Shown one piece after another: positions 1 through 8,751 of a DNA stretch of 64,000 nt. The DNA is from a virus: IMG/VR virus record IMGVR_UViG_3300045988_180880, positions 32,001 through 96,000 of that record. The stretch is one strand, 5' to 3'. The position numbers were made by a program, and so were the translations under genes. The notes under the pieces were generated by a model, which saw only the letters and a list, made by a program, of their open reading frames with translations, did no database searches and was not told the DNA's origin. How positions within the stretch are numbered: position 1 is the stretch's first letter; every line of letters begins with the position of its first letter.

Positions 1-39
1 TTAGAATATAAAGAAAATTCCAAGTCACTTTGGTATTTT

Positions 40-330
40 ATGTTAGAATTTTCTAGTAAATCTTATAAATGTACAAGGTTAGTAAAACCCATCGAAGTCT
101 TAGTAACTAATTGGGATGAAAAAAGTGATTATTCTCTTATTTTAAAAAGTAAAAATAAAAATCTAGTTTTCAAAAATTATCACATAAGATTTTTTCTACC
201 ATATCTTTTTGAAACGAGAGAAGAGTGTGTAGAAGCTTATAATGCAGTTGTTCAGGATCAAAAAGACAAACTTCAACATGATTATGAAGAAAGATTGAGA
301 TATTTAAATTCTAAAATAGAAAAATTATGA
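40..330 (+). CDS. hypothetical protein (paralog of 327..707)
   Basis: ORF track; ATGA overlap with next ORF; C-terminal ~35 aa share E-E-x-x-E-x-(Y/W)N..Q.Q.D.L..DYE....YLN.KI pattern with 327..707. Confidence 0.5.
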   Translation: MLEFSSKSYKCTRLVKPIEVLVTNWDEKSDYSLILKSKNKNLVFKNYHIRFFLPYLFETREECVEAYNAVVQDQKDKLQHDYEERLRYLNSKIEKL

Positions 331-707
331 AACAGCCAGAAACATATGAAGAACTTGATAAACTTATAGGACAAATATTCTGGACTTTTGGATTTTATAT
401 TGGTCCATACAGTTATAAATTTGAAAATATAAACTCCCCACAAGAAGTAGTTTTAGGGAAAGAGGAAAGATCTGGATATAGAGGAAACACTACCTGGTAT
501 CCTTTAAGAAACAAAACTACTAATATGATAGTTGGTTACTTTCAATTAATTCCTAATAGATATAATCTAGATAATTATAAATTATATGAATCAGAAGAGG
601 AAGCCATTGAAAGTTGGAATTCTATTATTCAAAATCAACTAGATCGATTAGAATTTGATTATGAGAAGAAAAAGAAATATTTAAATAAAAAGATTATTAA
701 AAAATGA
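327..707 (+). CDS. hypothetical protein (paralog of 40..330)
   Basis: ORF track; translationally coupled on both sides; shared C-terminal pattern with 40..330. Confidence 0.5.
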   Translation: MKQPETYEELDKLIGQIFWTFGFYIGPYSYKFENINSPQEVVLGKEERSGYRGNTTWYPLRNKTTNMIVGYFQLIPNRYNLDNYKLYESEEEAIESWNSIIQNQLDRLEFDYEKKKKYLNKKIIKK

Positions 708-1240
708 ATAAGATAATAATTGATGGATATTATAAAGAAAAGGAACACTTAGGAAAAATTTCAGGTATTATTTTTAAAAACTGGGAAGATAGTGAACCTA
801 TAGATAAAATTTCAATTATTATTAACAATTTCGATTCTTATATTCCTGGAGAATTTTATAAAAGAGAACTTCCTGGGATTGTAAAATTATTAGAAAATAT
901 AGATCTTGATAAATTCGATACAATCATATTAGATTCTCATGTTTGGTTGTGGAATGATGAAGAATCTTTTGAAAAACCTAAACCAGGACTAGGAGCACAT
1001 CTATATGAAAAACTTGGAAGAAAGAATCTTAATATTATTGGAATTGCAAAAAGTTATTACTGTGATAATAATATGCATACTTTTTCATGTTTTCGAGGAA
1101 ATAGTAAAAATCCTTTATATGTAGATTCAATTAATCAAGATAAAGATTATTCTGAAGTTATTAAAAGTATGTATGGAAATTTTAGAATACCATACCTTAT
1201 AAAATTAGCAGATACAGAATCAAAAATAAATTTCAAATGA
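704..1240 (+). CDS. endonuclease V-like protein
   Basis: YIPGEFYKRELP and GLGAHL...NIIGIAKS resemble EndoV blocks YxPGxLxFRExP and GxAxHxG...IGVAK; recalled from memory, no search run. Confidence 0.5.
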   Translation: MNKIIIDGYYKEKEHLGKISGIIFKNWEDSEPIDKISIIINNFDSYIPGEFYKRELPGIVKLLENIDLDKFDTIILDSHVWLWNDEESFEKPKPGLGAHLYEKLGRKNLNIIGIAKSYYCDNNMHTFSCFRGNSKNPLYVDSINQDKDYSEVIKSMYGNFRIPYLIKLADTESKINFK

Positions 1241-2253
1241 AAATGATTTATGCAATAGAACAATTACCCAAGAAAGAAGATACTTGGGTATTTTTGGGAG
1301 GACCTATTCAAGGAGCTCCAGAGTGGCAAGAAACAGTTCCAGATATTCAGGGAGTAACTTGGATAAACCCTAGAAGAAAAGAGAAAATTTCTGGAGGTTT
1401 ATCTGATGCTGAATATAAAAAACAGGTAGATTGGGAAACAATTGGACTTAGAGTATCAGATTTTATATTATTTTGGATCCCTGAAGCTGTTGAAGATATA
1501 CCAGGAAGAGATTATGCACAAACTACTAAAATCGAACTTACCGAAAATTTAGTTAGAAAGAAAAATATAATCTTAGGAATTGCGCCGAAAATACACGGAA
1601 GAAGGTACTTGATCGAAAAAGCTAAAGCATATGGAATAAAAAATGTATATAGCTCTTTAGACGAATGTATATCTGAGTTAAAGAAAGAAATATCTAATAG
1701 AGAGTCCAGTTCAAGAGAGTTTTTTACTTCCGATACACATTTCGGCGCAGAAAGAACTTTGGAATTATCTAAACGTCCTTTCATGAATGTTGAAGATATG
1801 GATTGGACTATGGTAGAGAGATGGAATACTAAAGTTCCTCCTAAAGCTATCGTATGGCATCTTGGAGATTTTGGTGATAGAAGTTACTTGAAATATTTAA
1901 ATGGAGATATTCGATTAGTTTGTGGAAATTATGAGATTAAAGAAAAATCTGAAAGAAATCTAGATATACCTGATTTTATAGGAGAGCTTATAGATTCTGG
2001 TTTTTCAAAAGTATTCCTAACTGAAGCAGAAACAAAACTCCTAGGAAAAGAGATAGCACTTGTACATGAACCTATGAATTCTACAAAAAAGTATAATCTT
2101 TTTGGACATATTCATGGAAGACAAATGATTAAGAGATTTGGATTAGATGTAGGTGTTGATGTTCATGGTTTTGCTCCTATGTCTGCAGAAGAGGTTGAAT
2201 TTTTCTTAAATGCACTAGAAAAAGGCTATTACGACGCTGAAGTATTTTGCTAG
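1237..2253 (+). CDS. fusion protein: nucleoside 2-deoxyribosyltransferase-like N-domain + calcineurin-like metallophosphoesterase
   Basis: C-half has SDTHFG, HLGDFGD, GNYE, VHEP, GHIHG metallophosphoesterase blocks; N-half VFLGGPIQG...ILFWIPE resembles NDT-like fold. Confidence 0.6.
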   Translation: MKMIYAIEQLPKKEDTWVFLGGPIQGAPEWQETVPDIQGVTWINPRRKEKISGGLSDAEYKKQVDWETIGLRVSDFILFWIPEAVEDIPGRDYAQTTKIELTENLVRKKNIILGIAPKIHGRRYLIEKAKAYGIKNVYSSLDECISELKKEISNRESSSREFFTSDTHFGAERTLELSKRPFMNVEDMDWTMVERWNTKVPPKAIVWHLGDFGDRSYLKYLNGDIRLVCGNYEIKEKSERNLDIPDFIGELIDSGFSKVFLTEAETKLLGKEIALVHEPMNSTKKYNLFGHIHGRQMIKRFGLDVGVDVHGFAPMSAEEVEFFLNALEKGYYDAEVFC

Positions 2254-2260
2254 TCTGATA

Positions 2261-2282
2261 TTCCTTGAAAGCCTTATAAGTG
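2261..2282 (+). promoter_or_regulatory. phage promoter-like motif (CTTATWWRTG class)
   Basis: ttccttgaaagccttataagtg, 32 nt upstream of ATG 2314; same motif recurs >20 times in front of genes on both strands. Confidence 0.55.
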
Positions 2283-2313
2283 AGAATAAAAACAAACTTA
2301 AAAGAAAAGGAAT

Positions 2314-2709
2314 ATGATAGAAAAACTTAACACACTAATGACAATATTAAGTGCATTAGGATTATTAAGAGACGGAGTAAAAAATTACATAGATGTCTCA
2401 GTTGAAAATAGTTTATCCAATGGAATAGTAGATAAACTAAAAGATAGTTATGACAACTATACAGCTATCTTAAACAAGTATGCGATTGAAGGAAAGGATT
2501 TTGATGTTCCTTCGATTAATAGAGATTACGTAATAAGAAAACTGCGATTAATAAAAACAATAGTAAACAGATTAGTCGAATATTATATCAATGAGCCAGA
2601 AACATTGAGAGATTATAAACAATCCCTCTATTTGATTGGCGCTGACATAGATAGTATATATCGAAAGTCTGTTGTTGATTATAAAACGTTTTTGCTTGCA
2701 GTTAAGTAA
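2314..2709 (+). CDS. hypothetical protein
   Basis: ORF track; preceded by promoter motif, followed by terminator. Confidence 0.5.
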   Translation: MIEKLNTLMTILSALGLLRDGVKNYIDVSVENSLSNGIVDKLKDSYDNYTAILNKYAIEGKDFDVPSINRDYVIRKLRLIKTIVNRLVEYYINEPETLRDYKQSLYLIGADIDSIYRKSVVDYKTFLLAVK

Positions 2710-2711
2710 GA

Positions 2712-2741
2712 AAAGGGTGGAATTACCCACCCTTTATTTTT
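2712..2741 (+). terminator. rho-independent terminator
   Basis: aaagggtgg / ccacccttt 9-bp stem, 6-nt loop, then T-rich run. Confidence 0.7.
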
Positions 2742-2760
2742 CCACCGTCTAGAAAAGACT

Positions 2761-2776
2761 AAAAACCTTATATATG
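2761..2776 (+). promoter_or_regulatory. phage promoter-like motif, no ORF downstream
   Basis: aaaaaccttatatatg; first of two tandem copies opening an ORF-free 0.9-kb stretch. Confidence 0.45.
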
Positions 2777-2830
2777 AAAGGAAAATAGAGTTCCTAAGAG
2801 GTTAAAATAATACCGTCTAAGAAACCCTAT

Positions 2831-2844
2831 TAGCCTTATATATG
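2831..2844 (+). promoter_or_regulatory. phage promoter-like motif, no ORF downstream
   Basis: tagccttatatatg; both copies preceded by accgtcta(g/a)gaaa. Confidence 0.45.
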
Positions 2845-3700
2845 TAATAAAAGATAGAAATATCTGATATTACCTAAAGACATAGTATATCTAATTTAAA
2901 AGATATATTATGTCTTTTATACTTTAGCGTTATACATAGATATAACTAGAACTTATAATACATACGAAAGGTGTGATGACGGAGTATTATAAGGAGAGAC
3001 TAGGAGTTGCTAACCTAGAAGTCGTCAGAACGACTTTATAAAATTCATCACCTTGATCTAACTTATAATTATGAAATATAATATAAGGACAGGTGGAAGT
3101 TGTTATACCACTTGAGTAGATATTTAAATAGTATTAAAATATCTTTTACAAGGATAAGTTCTGAGCGTAATTAAATAAGTATATTAAGTTACTATATTGA
3201 ATTATACTATTTATCAAAATAGAGAAAATACTTAATATAACTTAATAATTGATAAAGGTTGGACACATAACTTGGCAAGCACTAACAAATTATAATGTGC
3301 ATTTAGCTGAGTTTAACAAAATAAATTAAAATTAAATAAATTCCTTGTAATAGATGATATTATAAGGCCACGATATATTGAGATAAACCTGATAAAGGAT
3401 TATCAAGAGAAATATATCAAAGACATGTAGCCAAATATATGTGGTGAACTATGAAAATAATAAAGGACCTGTATAGTCTAGAGTTATTAGTAATAGGATG
3501 TGAATTTAGAGGGATTTAATATACAGTTAAATTATTATATATAACCTATGATAAATACCGATGAGGAAATTATAAAGATTATATATAATTCTAAGTTAGA
3601 AATCTTTAAGAGAGAAGCTTAGAGTAAAAACAACCATTTCTAAGTAAATTACTTAGAAAATAGAGACAAAAGAATATTAACAACAAAAAATTATAGAATT

Positions 3701-3826
3701 ATGAAAGCAGTTGTAAAAAACGTTGGAATTTTTGTAGCAGGAATAGCAGCAAAAGTAGTATTTGATTATGGTTATAAGAAAACTAAAAAATGTTTAAATA
3801 ACCGGAAAAACAAAAAAGCTGAATAA
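3701..3826 (+). CDS. small membrane protein (41 aa)
   Basis: ATG 3701..TAA 3826, MKAVVKNVGIFVAGIAAKVVF...; below ORF-track cutoff; its last 13 nt begin the 79-bp repeat that is also the 3' end of 3917..4153. Confidence 0.4.
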   Translation: MKAVVKNVGIFVAGIAAKVVFDYGYKKTKKCLNNRKNKKAE

Positions 3827-3892
3827 GCTAAAACAACCAGCCCGAGTTATGGATTAACTTGGGTTTAGAGACAATAATTAACAAAATTAATA
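3814..3892 (+). repeat. 79-bp direct repeat copy 1 (gene 3' end + terminator hairpin + next-gene leader)
   Basis: aaaagctgaataagctaaaacaaccagcccgagttatggattaacttgggtttagagacaataattaacaaaattaata identical at 4141-4219; contains hairpin cccgagtt/aacttggg. Confidence 0.85.
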
Positions 3893-3916
3893 ACTTAAAT
3901 AATAGGAGGAAAAATT

Positions 3917-4153
3917 ATGAAACTAATTAACTCAGCAGTAACGAAATTTGGTGCAACAAAAGTTGTAGCAGTAGCAGCTGGAGCAGGAATGGCATTAGGA
4001 GTAGCAACTACCTTAGGATGTCAAAAAGCCTATAAAAAACTCAAACCGAAAGGTCTTAGAGATGAGGATTTGGAAAAATTGGTAGAAGAAACCGTCAACC
4101 TAAAACCGGATGCAGAAAAAGAAAAACCTGCTGAAGAAGTAAAAGCTGAATAA
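3917..4153 (+). CDS. small membrane protein
   Basis: ORF track; hydrophobic N-half (VVAVAAGAGMALGVATTLG), K/E-rich tail; strong aggagg RBS. Confidence 0.55.
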   Translation: MKLINSAVTKFGATKVVAVAAGAGMALGVATTLGCQKAYKKLKPKGLRDEDLEKLVEETVNLKPDAEKEKPAEEVKAE

Positions 4154-4219
4154 GCTAAAACAACCAGCCCGAGTTATGGATTAACTTGGGTTTAGAGACA
4201 ATAATTAACAAAATTAATA
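4141..4219 (+). repeat. 79-bp direct repeat copy 2
   Basis: identical to 3814-3892. Confidence 0.85.
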
Positions 4220-4223
4220 TATT

Positions 4224-4412
4224 ATGAAAAAGATAACAGAAGTCATTATTTTTATGACAATGATATTAGCAGGAATTGCTTGGATATTAGGATTTGATAT
4301 AATTTATTCAATATCAGCAATAATTATGGGAACTACCGGAATTTATTATTGGTTTAGATATATGATTCCGGAACTATTTAACAGCAATGAAGAAGAATTC
4401 ATTGATGACTAA
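4224..4412 (+). CDS. small membrane protein
   Basis: ORF track; two hydrophobic segments. Confidence 0.5.
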   Translation: MKKITEVIIFMTMILAGIAWILGFDIIYSISAIIMGTTGIYYWFRYMIPELFNSNEEEFIDD

Positions 4413-4414
4413 CC

Positions 4415-4450
4415 GGAGGGATAACAAAATTTCCCTCCATTTTCATTTTT
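4415..4450 (+). terminator. rho-independent terminator
   Basis: ggaggga / tccctcc stem then attttcattttt; the T tract doubles as hammerhead stem III 5' strand. Confidence 0.6.
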
Positions 4451-4515
4451 GTAGTTAGGTGAATTCCTAACCTGATGAGATCACGAGGTTAAACTCAAGA
4501 TCGAAACAGAAATGG
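4443..4515 (+). ncRNA. type III hammerhead ribozyme motif
   Basis: Stem III tcatttttgt(4443-4452)/acagaaatgg(4506-4515); cleavage triplet GUA, cut after A4453; stem I gttagg-tgaatt-cctaac; core CTGATGA 4472-4478; stem II gatc..(gag/ctc)..gatc; core GAA 4503-4505; A15.1-U16.1 and C15.2-G16.2 present. Confidence 0.7.
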
Positions 4516-4581
4516 AAACTAAAGATTTCCTTTTGATTTTATATATCAAGAGACTATAACTAAACAAAAGGAAATTTACAA

Positions 4582-4640
4582 AGAAAAAAAAGAGGTCTTG
4601 ACTTTAATTAGTCAAGTTGATCCTCTTTTTATTTTTTTCT
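4582..4640. terminator. bidirectional terminator between convergent blocks
   Basis: A-run, compound hairpin agagg..cttgact ttaatt agtcaag..cctct, T-run. Confidence 0.6.
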
Positions 4641-4648
4641 TCAGAATG

Positions 4649-5095
4649 CTAAGGAATTTGATTTTGTAGCATATAAAATTCATTTTTTAACATATCAATT
4701 CTACATTTGATATCAGCTATTTCACTTGCTATATCACGTAGTGGAGAATTACAGAAAAATTCTTGATTACTATTCCAATAAATATTATTTCCTGTAATAA
4801 CACTATTAATATTAGTTATAGCTGTTTCTATATTATGTAATCTTTGCATTAAATTAAAATCTCCAAAGATTCTTTTATCTATAGTAGATACTAATCTCTC
4901 TTCATTATTTACTATTATCTCAGGATTATCCATTATTTTCTCTAGATAACCTCGAAGATAATTAATAACTATATCTAAAATCTCATCCGATTGTGCAGAG
5001 GATAGAATTTTTTCAACTACAGCTTTTACTACAGAATCAGAAATTTTGATATCATTACTTAATTCAATATTTGTATTACTCGTTTTCATTGCCAT
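4649..5095 (-). CDS. hypothetical protein
   Basis: ORF track; first gene of - block by coordinate; no motif recognised. Confidence 0.5.
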   Translation of the reverse strand: MAMKTSNTNIELSNDIKISDSVVKAVVEKILSSAQSDEILDIVINYLRGYLEKIMDNPEIIVNNEERLVSTIDKRIFGDFNLMQRLHNIETAITNINSVITGNNIYWNSNQEFFCNSPLRDIASEIADIKCRIDMLKNEFYMLQNQIP

Positions 5096-5537
5096 TTTTC
5101 AGTTCTTTTAAACAAGTTTTCTTAGATTCTAATTGAGCTTCAAGTAACTCTATTTCTCTTTTTAATGAAGCGATTCTTGTACTCTTAAGGGATTTATCTA
5201 GCGCCTCTATAAAAGAATCTTCAAATTGAGAAAATTTTAATTCCATATAGCAATGACAACTACCACCATAACCCCAATGATCTGTATACTCTAAACAAAT
5301 ACTTTTATCATTAATAGCATCCTCATTGTAATCATCATCTAACCAAAGACTTCCTCGAGTAGGATCATATTCATCATACCATGAATTAGTTAATCCATAT
5401 TTTCTATAAACTTCATAGATCTTATCAAATCTTTCCTTACATATCTCAACAATCTTAGGTTTAACTTCTTCTGATTGTTTCTTTGAATCTCCTAGAAAAA
5501 TACCTAAGAGATTAATTAATTCTTCTTTTCTATCCAT
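5076..5537 (-). CDS. hypothetical protein
   Basis: ORF track; coiled-coil-like C-terminus; no motif recognised. Confidence 0.5.
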   Translation of the reverse strand: MDRKEELINLLGIFLGDSKKQSEEVKPKIVEICKERFDKIYEVYRKYGLTNSWYDEYDPTRGSLWLDDDYNEDAINDKSICLEYTDHWGYGGSCHCYMELKFSQFEDSFIEALDKSLKSTRIASLKREIELLEAQLESKKTCLKELKNGNENE

Positions 5538-5664
5538 AATTCATATATTTTATTTTACGGTAGCAGAACACAACTATCTACTACATCATTAAGAGTTTTA
5601 AGGGAAGAAAAATAAAAACTATACCTATTATTTTAAGTATAGTTTTATATAATAACTCTATTTA

Positions 5665-6120
5665 TTATTCTCTGTAACTATTATATCCATTTTCCCAAAG
5701 AATATCAGCTTCTTTAGGTATACCACAATCATCTGCAAATGAATAATATACTTTTCCAATAACCCCGTCTATTAATGGCCAAATAAAATCAATAATCTCT
5801 CTATCGGTTTTACCTGCATCGTTAAGTTCTTTCCATTTATCTCCTTTACCATATTCAGTATACATATCATACCACTCATAAACGAAATTAATAAGATTGA
5901 ATATCTCACTATTTCCGTATCCCCCACTATCCTCTTCTTTCTGATAAAATTCAACAGCACGAATTACATCTTCTTTAGAATTTATAATAATCACTTTATC
6001 AGTTATATTATTTTCATTTAGAAGATTTATTAATTTTTCTTCAATATCTAAGAAGAAAACTTGTGTACTCGAATTAGTAATTACATCTGAATAACTAGTG
6101 ATTAAACGTCTTTTGCTCAT
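5665..6120 (-). CDS. hypothetical protein, ITSxSDVITNSST family (paralog of 6552..7040)
   Basis: N-termini MSKRRLITSYSDVITNSSTQVFFL vs MGKKKRIITSFSDVITNSSTEVFLI. Confidence 0.55.
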   Translation of the reverse strand: MSKRRLITSYSDVITNSSTQVFFLDIEEKLINLLNENNITDKVIIINSKEDVIRAVEFYQKEEDSGGYGNSEIFNLINFVYEWYDMYTEYGKGDKWKELNDAGKTDREIIDFIWPLIDGVIGKVYYSFADDCGIPKEADILWENGYNSYRE

Positions 6121-6571
6121 AATTTTTTATAATATATAGTAATTCTTCTGATAATGTTACTTTTGTCCCTAAGTTACGAATGAAAGTTGCTTTATTAATA
6201 TATTCCTTCGTTGTAATTATCTGATTGAACGTTAGTAATCTCAGGCGCCGTGATATAGTTCCAGCATTACTCTTAAATTCTTCTGGAGTAAGTGCAACTA
6301 TATCAATTATACTTTTGCATACCTTAGATAATGTTAGTTGTTTTAGGATAGGTTGTTTTATTTCGAATCTTAAACAAATAATATGATCTACAGCATAAAT
6401 ATTTTCTTCAGGGTTACCTCCAAATAGGTTCAAAAGTTCATTAGGGAGAGATAGTTTTACCTGACTCCCAAGTCTAAAACAACAAATAGAATATCGAGGG
6501 TTTCTTTCATCTGTATATACATAGAATTTATTTGTTGTTATTCCCGAAGTATCAGTCAAGACTCCATCCAT
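6095..6571 (-). CDS. hypothetical protein
   Basis: ORF track; overlaps both flanking paralogs by ~20 nt (coupled). Confidence 0.5.
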   Translation of the reverse strand: MDGVLTDTSGITTNKFYVYTDERNPRYSICCFRLGSQVKLSLPNELLNLFGGNPEENIYAVDHIICLRFEIKQPILKQLTLSKVCKSIIDIVALTPEEFKSNAGTISRRLRLLTFNQIITTKEYINKATFIRNLGTKVTLSEELLYIIKNYEQKTFNH

Positions 6572-7040
6572 ATCTAAATCCTTTTGTTTCTAAGTTATCT
6601 AACTCATAAGAATAGTCTTTATCATCAGGATACAGTTCATAAAGTCTATTCATAATTTTTTGATTATGTTTAATATCAATATATACAATAGTTCCCTTTA
6701 ATCTCTCCATAATCTTTGGTTTAAACATTTCCCAAATATCATCTTCTTTATCAGGGAATTCATTGTTCATATCAAGGTATAAGTTAAATAGATTTCCTAG
6801 TAGAGGTTTTAAATCCCATATTGAATAATTATGATTAAATCCTTTCTTTCCTTGAAATCTAAAGAAATATTCAACATCTTCCTCAGTTTTTAGAACAAGG
6901 AAATCTTTTTGATATTTTTTATATATTCCAGTACCAATCATCTGTCTTAATGCATCTGGTCCTTGAATTAAAAATACTTCAGTGCTTGAATTTGTAATAA
7001 CATCTGAAAAACTAGTTATTATTCTTTTCTTTTTTCCCAT
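6552..7040 (-). CDS. hypothetical protein, ITSxSDVITNSST family
   Basis: see 5665..6120. Confidence 0.55.
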   Translation of the reverse strand: MGKKKRIITSFSDVITNSSTEVFLIQGPDALRQMIGTGIYKKYQKDFLVLKTEEDVEYFFRFQGKKGFNHNYSIWDLKPLLGNLFNLYLDMNNEFPDKEDDIWEMFKPKIMERLKGTIVYIDIKHNQKIMNRLYELYPDDKDYSYELDNLETKGFRYGWSLD

Positions 7041-7123
7041 AATTTACATAAATAAGAAAATGAGGGCAGCCATAATCTCACGACTTGCCACCCTCTGTCT
7101 TCAAATACTCTATATCTTTATTA

Positions 7124-8290
7124 TCAGAACATTAATCCACCTCGATATAAACTTGGATTACCTTTCTGTCTAATTATCTTAACTAATGTTTCGCCATCCC
7201 CATATATATCCTTAACTAGAATAAATCCGTCTTCATCAGGATCTTCAAGAATGGTTCCAATACTAAGTTCTTGATTTTTCCAGAGACTTGAGAATTGAGA
7301 TGTCATTCTAGTTTTCCAACCATCTAGGATATTACTACAATAATCCTCATTTGTCTTAGTATCTGAATCTTTATCTTCCATCTCACAATCTTTTCCAAGC
7401 CATTCTGGGAAATTAGCTCTTCCTGGACGAAGAATTTCCTTAATCCTTGTTACATCTTCCTCTGTTTCAACAGGGAATTTCATGATATCGAAAACATATT
7501 TAGCCAAAGGAATATTAAGGCAAGTATCTTCAGAAAGTTTTTCATGAATATTTACTTCATCAACAATCGAACCAAGAATATCAATAGTAGATATCTCAAG
7601 AAGATCGATTTTTTGAAGAATATTCTCTCTCTCTTCTGGAATTTTTAAATTATCGTCCAAATATTCGTTTATTGCTTTTTCTGACAAATTTCCGAATTGT
7701 TTGATATATCTAATTCTTCCAGGACGTCCAAGTAAATTCTCATTTACGTTAAGTGTATTTGTTGTTAGAATATATAATTTTCTTGATCTATTATATACCC
7801 CATCAATTAATTTTAGTAATACTTCATCACTCTCTCCTCGCTTAAATGTTTTCTCTGCTTCATCAATCAAAACAATACATTCAAAGTCGAGTTGTTGAAT
7901 AAAACTTACCATTCCCTCTATTTCATTATCAGGAATGATTATGACAGGAATGTCTAATCTATTACATAATAGTTTAGCACCAACACTTTTTCCTGTTCCT
8001 TTATATCCTGTGAAAATAACACCAAGATTCTTATTCCCTTCAACAAATTTATCTGATTCCCAAGTTTTTTGAATTATATCAAATAAATTATCACAACCTA
8101 CATCATATATTTTGTGATTAAATTCAAACTTTTCTGAGAGTTTTTTTAAACCGATTCTCTTATCTTGACCTTTTCCTTGATATAATTCAAAAATTCCTGA
8201 ACCTGGAGTTGGATAAAGTACTGTATTTCCATCAATCGGAAATAAAGTTCCACATTCATCAATCCATTTTTGTGCTACTAAATTTTTCAT
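7124..8290 (-). CDS. AAA+ family ATPase
   Basis: Walker A GYKGTGKSVGAKLL, Walker B CIVLIDEAEK, downstream TTN sensor-like block. Confidence 0.7.
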   Translation of the reverse strand: MKNLVAQKWIDECGTLFPIDGNTVLYPTPGSGIFELYQGKGQDKRIGLKKLSEKFEFNHKIYDVGCDNLFDIIQKTWESDKFVEGNKNLGVIFTGYKGTGKSVGAKLLCNRLDIPVIIIPDNEIEGMVSFIQQLDFECIVLIDEAEKTFKRGESDEVLLKLIDGVYNRSRKLYILTTNTLNVNENLLGRPGRIRYIKQFGNLSEKAINEYLDDNLKIPEERENILQKIDLLEISTIDILGSIVDEVNIHEKLSEDTCLNIPLAKYVFDIMKFPVETEEDVTRIKEILRPGRANFPEWLGKDCEMEDKDSDTKTNEDYCSNILDGWKTRMTSQFSSLWKNQELSIGTILEDPDEDGFILVKDIYGDGETLVKIIRQKGNPSLYRGGLMF

Positions 8291-8313
8291 TTTTCTATTT
8301 GTTATATTTTATA

Positions 8314-8333
8314 CATTTATAAGAATTTCAAGC
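8314..8333 (-). promoter_or_regulatory. phage promoter-like motif
   Basis: sense strand gcttgaaattcttataaatg, ~25 nt upstream of start 8290. Confidence 0.5.
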
Positions 8334-8751
8334 TTTCAGAAGAATTTAGAATATTTATTACAGTTTTTGAATCTCCTACAATTAAATATGTATCTTTCTT
8401 TTTAATTATATCGACTATCGTTTTTAAAGATATTTCTAATGAATTAATCTTTTTCCAATTTTTATCACAAATAATAGGATCATAAGAAGTATTCCCTCGA
8501 TGTTTATCTTCGAGGTTAATAATTCCTAAACTTTCCATACGCTTCATAAGACATTTTAACCCTGTTTTCTTAAAATAATATTCAGGCTCAACTCCTAATT
8601 CTATAACCAATTTATTTTTCTTTCCAGGAACTATACTTGGATTCCTAGTATATTTCTTCGGAGTTAATTCTATTGTAGCAGAATATATAAGAACATGGTC
8701 GATATCAAAGAAATATACGCCCCATTCTCCTTTCTGTTCTAGGTTAATCAT
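8317..8751 (-). CDS. hypothetical protein (possible HAD-like motif I FFDIDHVLI)
   Basis: ORF track; DxDxV-like motif only, weak. Confidence 0.45.
   Translation of the reverse strand: MINLEQKGEWGVYFFDIDHVLIYSATIELTPKKYTRNPSIVPGKKNKLVIELGVEPEYYFKKTGLKCLMKRMESLGIINLEDKHRGNTSYDPIICDKNWKKINSLEISLKTIVDIIKKKDTYLIVGDSKTVINILNSSESLKFL

Noticed and set aside
2746-3900. Alternative genetic code (TAG or TGA reassignment), as in some gut megaphages, to explain ORF-free stretches
   Set aside because: All three stop codons occur in every frame there. Elsewhere genes are intact and tightly packed under the standard code.
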